Shown here piece by piece: positions 55,452 to 64,000 of a DNA stretch of 64,000 nucleotides. Position numbers and translations under genes: made by a program. Origin of the DNA: Lachnospiraceae bacterium (GTDB lineage: Bacteria > Bacillota > Clostridia > Lachnospirales > Lachnospiraceae); contig JAKSSE010000002.1 of NCBI GenBank assembly GCA_024403255.1, forward strand, positions 4,279-68,278, written 5' to 3'. The notes beneath the pieces were generated by a model. That model made no database searches. It was given only the letters and a program-made list of their open reading frames with translations, and had not been told where the DNA came from. The number at the start of each line of letters is the position of its first letter. Position 1 is the first letter of the stretch.

Positions 55452-55484
55452 TAAAACAAAAGAGCGTCCTTAGGACACTCTTTT
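55452..55484 (-). terminator. intrinsic terminator of the kinase operon
   Basis: The minus strand reads AAAGAGTGTCC-taa-GGACGCTCTTT followed by TGTTTT. Confidence 0.6.
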
Positions 55485-55626
55485 GCTGGGCCGACATCAA
55501 GGGCCCGGTTATCTTAATTTAATTTTCCATAATTCCCCTTAATTTGTTGCTAACATTTAGTATCAAAAAAAGATTGAATAAAAATAATATAAAAACATAT
55601 TCGGAAATAAATTCTATTCCGTGCAG

Positions 55627-56211
55627 CTAAATGTTCCTAAGTAACTTTACGAGAAGGTTTGCATCTTTAAGAGGTATTTTTAAAGGGTCTGAAATAAATG
55701 GAACATAAAACAAAGGTGTATTATTCTTTTTTTGCCAATTTGTACTGTATCTGTTTTTTCCGTAACAAGTGAAATGTACTGTTTTGGAACAAAATAATTT
55801 TTGTAGGCTCTCATCCCTAAAAAATTTGTTTAATGTCATAACACGAAAAGGTGAAAAACTGGTTGTTATCAGAATCTGGTTACAAACTACTGAATCATGG
55901 CTTATATTTTTTGAATAACCGAAATCGACAATGATTTCGTCAAAAGAGCTTTTTAGTTCGTTTATCAAATCTGTTGAAGCAGGAGAGAAGATTTCTATAC
56001 CTAAAAGACTAAAGTGATAAAGTCCTTCGTGATATTCGAATTTTTCTCCCAGTAGATTGCATAGGTCCTGACTGTTAATTTCGACAAGAGCAGTTTTTCT
56101 ATGTGATCTTGATACTAAACAGTTTGCCAATGCCAGAGCAAGGTGAGTAGTACCAGAACCATGATGAGTTCCAAAAATTCCAGTTGTATTACAAATTACT
56201 GTTTTCTTCAC
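55627..56211 (-). CDS. hypothetical ParA/MinD-like (SIMIBI-type) protein with a lysine-less Walker A; paralogue of the kinase C-terminal domain
   Basis: GIFGTHHGSGTTHLALALA replaces GxxGxGK[ST]. IIVDFG is Walker B-like. GTG start 5 nt after AAGAAGG, overlapping the kinase 3' end by 23 nt. Confidence 0.6.
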   Translation of the reverse strand: MKKTVICNTTGIFGTHHGSGTTHLALALANCLVSRSHRKTALVEINSQDLCNLLGEKFEYHEGLYHFSLLGIEIFSPASTDLINELKSSFDEIIVDFGYSKNISHDSVVCNQILITTSFSPFRVMTLNKFFRDESLQKLFCSKTVHFTCYGKNRYSTNWQKKNNTPLFYVPFISDPLKIPLKDANLLVKLLRNI

Positions 56212-57475
56212 GTAAACCTTCTTTAAGAATTCTTTTTACAAATCGTCTTTTCACCCTGAAAGGAGTTACAGGATCTTTGTCGGTAGGAAAAAGAAAGATA
56301 TCTTTTTTGAAAAAGGCTGAGTAATTTCTTGAAATTGCACTGTTCCCTTGGTTGCATACAATTAACAACTTTCCACTTTTACAAAATGGTATACCGTTTT
56401 CTTTTGAATTTCCTATCTGCCATGCTCTTCCTGCGACTATGTATAAATTCACATCTGCGGACATTCCGCTAACATCTGTGCCGAAATCTTTTATGAAAAG
56501 GGACTCCTCTTTTTTTGCGTCTATGCCTGGGCCCAGCTCGAGTTCGCCCATAAAGGCTCTTTTTCGGCCGTATGCTCCCAGTAATTTTAGGCAGCCTTCC
56601 TTTTCCATTTCGCACACAGCATGTTTGTCGGTGCAGTCCTTATATATGGCATTTATGCCCAGCGCTCGAAGAGCGGATGTAAGCGCGATTGCAATGTGTG
56701 TTACTCCAACTCCGGAGGCTGCTCCGGAGATTGCTATGGAACCAAGAAGAAGATCTTTTTTGCCTTTCTTTTTTTGTTTTTGATTGGCATTGATATATTT
56801 TGATATTTCTTCGAATGAAGAGAAACGATCCGCTCGATTCTGACGGGTACACTTTTCGATTAGCTTGCTAATCCAGAAAGATGCAGGTTGACTAAGATTT
56901 GTGGCAATCTCTTTTAAAACCTGACCAAAGGCGTATATATCAACACCTTCATCTATGGTTCCTTCAAGATATTGCTCGGGAGCTGCATATCCTTTTGTAC
57001 CGTAGTGAGTTTGAGCTTCTGAAGACTGCAGATATTCAGCAATTCCAAAATCAATAAGCTTTAACTCATTTTCCTGATAGATGATGTGCTCTGGCTTAAG
57101 ATCCTGATATAGAATTGGCTCGTTTCTGGTATGTAAATATTCCAGAACATTACAAAGCTTTTTTGCTGTCCAAATTAAAAATTCTTCAGAAATGGAATCG
57201 TTAAGAGATAGAATTTCTTTAAGGGACTGCCCATATATATATTCCTCGACTATGATGAAGCTGCCATTTGACACCTTGAAATCATAAATGACGGGAATGC
57301 TGGGGTGGTGCAAGTCCTTAATTAAATCAACCTCAAGACAACCTTCTGCACTAAAATTAGTGACAGGAATTTTTTTTATAATTCTTTGTGTATTTAGGGA
57401 ACGATGTCTGACTAGAAGAACTTCTGTAGCTGCTGTGTCCTTTAGGACCTCCAGAAGAGCATATTTGTCAGACAA
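56189..57475 (-). CDS. atypical Hanks-type Ser/Thr protein kinase fused to a degenerate ParA/MinD-like domain; the listed start is TTG, while an SD+ATG lies upstream in another frame
   Basis: IIKK (VAIK Lys), YQDLKPEH (catalytic loop), IDFG and GYAAPE; there is no glycine-rich loop. C-terminal AISGAASGVGVTHIAIALT. See the finding on the G5 run at 57499-57503. Confidence 0.7.
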   Translation of the reverse strand: MSDKYALLEVLKDTAATEVLLVRHRSLNTQRIIKKIPVTNFSAEGCLEVDLIKDLHHPSIPVIYDFKVSNGSFIIVEEYIYGQSLKEILSLNDSISEEFLIWTAKKLCNVLEYLHTRNEPILYQDLKPEHIIYQENELKLIDFGIAEYLQSSEAQTHYGTKGYAAPEQYLEGTIDEGVDIYAFGQVLKEIATNLSQPASFWISKLIEKCTRQNRADRFSSFEEISKYINANQKQKKKGKKDLLLGSIAISGAASGVGVTHIAIALTSALRALGINAIYKDCTDKHAVCEMEKEGCLKLLGAYGRKRAFMGELELGPGIDAKKEESLFIKDFGTDVSGMSADVNLYIVAGRAWQIGNSKENGIPFCKSGKLLIVCNQGNSAISRNYSAFFKKDIFLFPTDKDPVTPFRVKRRFVKRILKEGLREENSNL

Positions 57476-57509
57476 GTAAGAATACTTGATTGAGCTCTCC
57501 CCCTTTCAT
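57468..57509 (-). other. 13-codon ORF (MKGGELNQVFLLV) carrying the only good SD+ATG upstream of the kinase; probably the frameshifted true 5' end of the kinase gene
   Basis: AAGGAG, 10 nt, ATG. G5 run at codons 3-4. Its TGA stop overlaps kinase codons 2-3. Removing one G fuses it in frame to the kinase ORF. Confidence 0.5.
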
Positions 57510-57536
57510 AGGCGAGATCTCCTTCTTGTGGATATT

Positions 57537-57565
57537 GTTATAGCAAAGAAAAAAACATATTGCAA
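57537..57565 (-). promoter_or_regulatory. sigma-A type promoter of the kinase operon
   Basis: The minus strand reads TTGCAA, 17 nt, TATAAC. Confidence 0.4.
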
Positions 57566-57619
57566 GCAAAATTTTTTATCTGGGCTTATGAGAATTAAAG
57601 AACCAACATAAAGAAAAAA

Positions 57620-57647
57620 GGCCTTCGCAATTTTTTTGCGAAGGCCC
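57620..57647 (-). terminator. intrinsic terminator downstream of galM
   Basis: GGCCTTCGCAA-loop-TTGCGAAGGCC, with a T-run following on the minus strand. Confidence 0.8.
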
Positions 57648-57663
57648 ATGATTTTTGGATTAT

Positions 57664-58725
57664 TTATCTCTTTTCTTCTGGGATATCAATCTTTTCTACA
57701 GAGAATGCATAAACGGTTTCGGTGTTGTATGCGATACCTGCTTTCAAAAGAGTTGATGGGAAATTATCGTGGTGAACGCTGTCTGGATAGTGCTGTGTTT
57801 CAAGACAGATGCTTGCGTATTCTGGATAAACATGACCTCTTTTTGCAGGAGCATCAGAAGCATTCTGGCAGCAGTAAACCTGAAGACCTGGCTCGGTTGA
57901 AAGTACATCCATGGTCACACCAGATTTTGCACAGTAAAGTTTTGCCATCTGACGCATGCCCTCACCACGAATGATGTAGTTGTGGTCATAGGTTCCAGGG
58001 ATTGCAAACTGAGGATTATCATTATCAAGATCAGCGCCAAGAGTCTTTCCGTTTCTCCAGTCAAAGACTCCTTCAACAGGAACGATTTTACCGGTAGGAA
58101 TAAGACCATCGCCGATTTCAGTCATCTCATCGCATTCAAGAGTGAGTACCTGATCCAAAACATTGCCGTTACCCTCGCCTGCAATGTTGAAGTATGCATG
58201 GTTAGTAACATTAATAAGGGTATCTTTATCAGAAATTGCCTCATATGAAATCTTAAGCTCATCATCGTTGTTAAGGCGATAGAATACTTTGAGGTCAAGG
58301 TTTCCAGGATATCCCTCGTCACCGTCTTCAGAATGGAGTGTGAACTGTACTCCGTCTGGGAGCATAACGCCTTCCCAAACTCTTAAATGAAAACCACACT
58401 TTCCGCCATGGAGAGTGTTTTCTCCCTCGTTAGCAAAAAGGTTGTATTCTTTTCCGTTTAAGGTAAATTTTGCTCCGCCAATTCTGTTTGCAACTCGGCC
58501 GCAAACTGCACCGTAAGCGTTAGACTTAGACTCAAAACCTTCCATTGAATCGTGTCCAACAATGACATCAATGTTTTTGCCCATCTTATCTTTGAGATTT
58601 AATGATAAGATACGTGCTCCGTAGTTGATAAGAGCAACTGAAACACCGTTATTATTTGTGATGACAAATTTCGAAATTTCTTCTCCGGATTTTGAGGTTC
58701 CGAAAAACTCTCTAGTAATCTTCAC
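57664..58725 (-). CDS. galM: aldose 1-epimerase (galactose mutarotase)
   Basis: NTLHGGKCGFHLRVWE, TNHAYFN and CLETQHYPDS motifs. 353 aa. Confidence 0.9.
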   Translation of the reverse strand: MKITREFFGTSKSGEEISKFVITNNNGVSVALINYGARILSLNLKDKMGKNIDVIVGHDSMEGFESKSNAYGAVCGRVANRIGGAKFTLNGKEYNLFANEGENTLHGGKCGFHLRVWEGVMLPDGVQFTLHSEDGDEGYPGNLDLKVFYRLNNDDELKISYEAISDKDTLINVTNHAYFNIAGEGNGNVLDQVLTLECDEMTEIGDGLIPTGKIVPVEGVFDWRNGKTLGADLDNDNPQFAIPGTYDHNYIIRGEGMRQMAKLYCAKSGVTMDVLSTEPGLQVYCCQNASDAPAKRGHVYPEYASICLETQHYPDSVHHDNFPSTLLKAGIAYNTETVYAFSVEKIDIPEEKR

Positions 58726-58809
58726 AGATAGACCTCCTATAGTTAAATTTTCTTGGCAAAATGCCTATTTGAATCAATTATCGCACACTACAAAAAAGCG
58801 CGCAAGTGG

Positions 58810-58837
58810 TTGTCATAAATTAAAAAAGTGATAAAAT
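58810..58837 (+). promoter_or_regulatory. extended -10 promoter placed so that tsaC mRNA would be nearly leaderless
   Basis: TTGTCA, 16 nt, TG-a-TAAAAT. The ATG lies 10 nt after the -10, with no SD. Confidence 0.4.
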
Positions 58838-58846
58838 TTATGTATT

Positions 58847-59890
58847 ATGATTACGGATATTGTACACATTGATGAGAAGGGTATTGATTTCGACTCAAAA
58901 GAGTTGGAAAAAGCAGCTTCTATTATACAGTCTGGAGGACTTGTAGCCTTCCCTACAGAAACCGTGTATGGCCTTGGTGCAGATGCCAAGAACGAAGAGG
59001 CTTCGGCTAAAATTTATGCAGCAAAAGGAAGGCCTTCTGATAATCCGCTCATAGTTCATATAGCAGATATTTCCAAGCTAAATGAGGCAGCAAAAGAAGT
59101 TAATGAGATGGCTAAAAAATTAGCTGATGCTTTTTGGCCAGGTCCTTTAACTTTGGTTTTGCCAAAACATGATGATATTCCATATGCCACAACGGGAGGT
59201 CTTGATACTGTCGCAGTAAGGTATCCTTCACACCCAGTGGCGATGGCGTTAATAAAAAAAAGTGACAGGCTTATTGCTGCACCGTCAGCAAATGCTTCTG
59301 GCAGACCATCTCCAACTCTTGCATCGCATGTTTTGGAGGACTTGGATGGTCGTATACCAATGATTATTGACGGGGGTCAGGTTGGAATAGGAATTGAGTC
59401 CACTATAGTTGACTGCACTGGTGAGGTTCCTGTTATTTTAAGACCTGGATTTATTACACCCAAGATGGTCAAAGATGTGTGTGGCGAGTGCACCATCGAT
59501 CCTGGAATCATTGCCAATGATTCTTCTGTTAAGCCGAAGGCTCCGGGAATGAAATATAGACACTACGCTCCTAAGGCGCCACTTACAATTGTTGAAGGGC
59601 CAAAGGAAAAGGTGGTTTCTTACATAAATAGCCAGCTTTTGTCTGGCAAAAAAGTTGGAATTATTGCCACCGATGAGACATTAGGCAATTACACTGGTGG
59701 AAAAATTATTTCCGTTGGCTCCTGTGATGATGAAAGGTCAGTTGCACATAATCTTTATGGTGCATTAAGGCAGATGGATGGGCTTGATGTTGAGGTTATT
59801 TATTCGGAAAGCTTTGAAACCCCTGGGTTAGGAGAAGCTGTTATGAATAGACTTCTTAAAGCCGCTGGTCATCAAATTATAAAAGTATGA
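58847..59890 (+). CDS. tsaC: L-threonylcarbamoyladenylate synthase (Sua5/YwlC type, with a Sua5 C-terminal domain)
   Basis: VAFPTETVYGLGADA, GRPSDNPLIVH, SANASGRPSPT. 347 aa. Confidence 0.9.
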   Translation: MITDIVHIDEKGIDFDSKELEKAASIIQSGGLVAFPTETVYGLGADAKNEEASAKIYAAKGRPSDNPLIVHIADISKLNEAAKEVNEMAKKLADAFWPGPLTLVLPKHDDIPYATTGGLDTVAVRYPSHPVAMALIKKSDRLIAAPSANASGRPSPTLASHVLEDLDGRIPMIIDGGQVGIGIESTIVDCTGEVPVILRPGFITPKMVKDVCGECTIDPGIIANDSSVKPKAPGMKYRHYAPKAPLTIVEGPKEKVVSYINSQLLSGKKVGIIATDETLGNYTGGKIISVGSCDDERSVAHNLYGALRQMDGLDVEVIYSESFETPGLGEAVMNRLLKAAGHQIIKV

Positions 59891-60342
59891 AAATAAATCG
59901 AATAGTATTCGTTGGACGTACAGGAACATTAAGAGCACCTATGGCTGTTGGCATTATGAAAAAAATGATGCCAGGAGTAGAGTGCGCTGCAAAGGGTCTG
60001 GTGGTTCTTTTTCCAGAACCTATGAATCAGAAAGTTGAGGCGGTTTTGGCCAGCCACGATATAACGCTTGATGGTTTTAAGTCCTCACCACTTACTGAAG
60101 ATGATTTTTTGCCAGGCACTTTGGTTGTTGCAATGGGTAATGAAGATTATCAAAAGATTATTGGACAGTTTGAAGGCTCGGATGAGAAATCAGTTATTTT
60201 ACTTTCGGAGTATGTTGAGGAAGAACTTGAAGTAATTGATCCTTATGGGCAAAGCATTCAGGTATATGGTCTTTGCTATGAGACTTTGTCTAATTCTCTG
60301 GCTAAGCTAAAGATTAAAATTCAGGAGGAATATCATGAGTGA
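59887..60342 (+). CDS. low-molecular-weight phosphatase fold protein (YwlE position) lacking the catalytic cysteine
   Basis: IVFVGRTGTLRAPMA aligns with YwlE IIFVCTGNTCRSPMA (C to G). The DP motif is retained (EVIDPYG). Synteny is tsaC-ywlE. Confidence 0.75.
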   Translation: MKINRIVFVGRTGTLRAPMAVGIMKKMMPGVECAAKGLVVLFPEPMNQKVEAVLASHDITLDGFKSSPLTEDDFLPGTLVVAMGNEDYQKIIGQFEGSDEKSVILLSEYVEEELEVIDPYGQSIQVYGLCYETLSNSLAKLKIKIQEEYHE

Positions 60343-60814
60343 CAAGAGAACGGATTACATCTCGTGGGATGAGTACTTTATTGCAGTTGCAAAACTTGCA
60401 GGAATGAGATCAAAGGATCCAAATACTCAGGTTGGAGCATGCATCGTAGATGAAAACCACAAAATCTTATCTATGGGGTATAACGGTTTCCCAAGAGGAT
60501 GTTCTGATGATGATTTCCCATGGTGCAGAACTGGTGAAGATAATAAATACTTCTACACCACTCACAGCGAATTAAACGCAATATTAAACTACAACGGTGG
60601 AAGTTTAGAGGGTTCTACTTTATATGTATCATTATTCCCTTGCAACGAATGTGCAAAAGCAATTATTCAGTCAGGCATAAGCCGTGTAGTTTACAGTGAT
60701 AACAAATATGCAGGAACACCGGGAGTAGTTGCGTCAATGAAGATGCTTAAAGCTGCGGGTGTTGTGTTTGAACCATATCAGCCAACAGGCCGAAAGCTTG
60801 AGATAGATGTCTAG
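60335..60814 (+). CDS. comEB: dCMP deaminase (ComEB-type)
   Basis: HSELNAI and PCNECAK zinc motifs, and the N-terminal WDEYFIAVA. Confidence 0.9.
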   Translation: MSDKRTDYISWDEYFIAVAKLAGMRSKDPNTQVGACIVDENHKILSMGYNGFPRGCSDDDFPWCRTGEDNKYFYTTHSELNAILNYNGGSLEGSTLYVSLFPCNECAKAIIQSGISRVVYSDNKYAGTPGVVASMKMLKAAGVVFEPYQPTGRKLEIDV

Positions 60815-61064
60815 AAAGGCTAAAGATCCAATAAAAGGCGCGCAGGCATTTTCAATGATTCTGCAGCTTGGAATAAACATGCTTGTTCCTATTTTGCTTT
60901 GTTTATTTCTGGGGAATTATATCTATAAAAAAACAGATATGATGTGGCCTTTGGTGGTTCTTATAATTTTGGGTATAGCCGCTGCATTCAACAGTTGCTA
61001 TCGCCTGATAAAGAAAATGTTTTTATCGGATAAAGAAAATGAAAGCTCTGAAAAGATTAAATGA
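60807..61064 (+). CDS. AtpZ/AtpI family small membrane protein
   Basis: 85 aa with two TM helices, immediately upstream of the atp genes. Confidence 0.6.
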   Translation: MSRKAKDPIKGAQAFSMILQLGINMLVPILLCLFLGNYIYKKTDMMWPLVVLIILGIAAAFNSCYRLIKKMFLSDKENESSEKIK

Positions 61065-61439
61065 GGGTCTCCCCGGCCTTGTTTTAGGGATTTTAATCTG
61101 GGGGGCTTTGGTAGAATTAATTGGAATATGGTTTTACCAGGATAAGCTTAGGTACACAACAGGTGTTTTATTTGGTACAGGGTGTTGTGTATTTTGTGCG
61201 ATTCACATGGCGATGATGATAGCAGACTCTGTCGCATGTGGAGGGGTAGGCACAGCTCAAAAGCTTGTCAAAGCAAAATCGGGATTACGTTTTTTGCTCG
61301 TTTTTATAATCCTTGCTGTCATGATTCATTTTAATCTAGGATGGTGGGGATCAGCGTTCATCTCTTTGTTTGGACTTAAGGCTGGCGCATATTCGCAGCC
61401 ATTATTTTATAAGTTAAAAAAAGTAAAGGAGGAAAGTAA

Positions 61440-61443
<4 letters not shown>
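61039..61443 (+). CDS. atpI: ATP synthase subunit I-like membrane protein
   Basis: 134 aa with four TM helices. Position upstream of atpB. Confidence 0.6.
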
Positions 61444-62455
<1,012 letters not shown>

Positions 62456-62519
62456 TTAACTGACAGGCACAAACTATTTTCCGAGGTAAAAGTCGGAAGA
62501 AAGGGGGTAAAAACGCAAT

Positions 62520-63043
62520 ATGTATATGACAGCAGAAGCATCAGAATTTCTGTTTAACCTTGATCCACAGATGTTGTTTGATTCAATTTTATTGATCATT
62601 TCAATGTTTGTTTTGTGCTTTTTCATGTCTTACTTATTCTTTAAGCCAGCGAAGAAGTTATTAACTGATCGTCAGGAAAAAATCAAAAATGATCTTGATG
62701 ATGCTGCAAAGGATAAAGAAGATTCAGCTAAAATCAAAGCTGAATATGAAGACAAGTTAAAGAACGTAGATAAGGAAGCAGAGACTATTCTTTCTGAGGC
62801 TAGATCTAAAGCCATCGCCAACGAGAATAAAATCGTTGCTGATGCTAAGGAAGAAGCTGCAAGAATCATCGCAAGAGCTAATCAGGAGGCTGAGCTTGAA
62901 AAGCAGAAAGTCGCTGATGAAGTTAAGCAGGAGATGGTTTCAGTAGCATCCCTTATTGCTGGCAAGGTTGTGGCGGCAAATATTGACACCACCATTCAGA
63001 ATACCTTGGTGGAGCAGACACTGAAAGAAATAGGTGATTCCAC

Positions 63044-63056
<13 letters not shown>
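62520..63056 (+). CDS. atpF: F0F1 ATP synthase subunit b
   Basis: N-terminal TM helix followed by a long charged coiled coil. Confidence 0.9.

Positions 63057-64000
<944 letters not shown>

Overview
This is a chromosomal segment from a low-GC Firmicute of the class Clostridia. Gene content and synteny look Lachnospiraceae-like, but that placement is an inference. About 70 genes are densely packed and mostly on the + strand. In order the window holds: a small accessory-looking patch (DUF2075-type nuclease/helicase-like gene, cyclophilin-like protein, 2H phosphoesterase, orphan MNT nucleotidyltransferase, soluble MotA-loop-like protein); an AraC-regulated sugar ABC transporter plus GH3 locus; a CheX-receiver protein with MshEN-like repeats; TspO plus a PTPS-like gene; an EamA / HxxxD-acyltransferase / zinc-ribbon membrane protein cluster; a TPP-riboswitch thiE-thiD-thiC-thiW-thiM operon running straight into feoAB; an M18 aminopeptidase; a tightly coupled operon starting with an HBD-RNase H-like gene; a hybrid histidine kinase followed by gdpP-rplI-dnaB; a clostridial ferredoxin missing from the ORF track; argC-GNAT-argJ-argB-argD-ilvE; comEA, a two-component system, a GerMN lipoprotein and comEC; mecA, DegV and GH18; an atypical Ser/Thr kinase fused to a lysine-less ParA/MinD-like domain plus a stand-alone paralogue; galM; and tsaC, a ywlE-like gene, dCMP deaminase and the start of the F-type ATP synthase operon. 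I saw no rRNA, tRNA, CRISPR array, transposase or integrase. The most unusual items are the kinase / pseudo-P-loop pair, whose SD+ATG start is put out of frame by a G5 run; the stand-alone DUF2075-type nuclease-helicase-like gene; the MshEN-CheX-REC fusion; and the RNase H-led operon. All functional calls rest on motif recognition by eye, and no searches were run.
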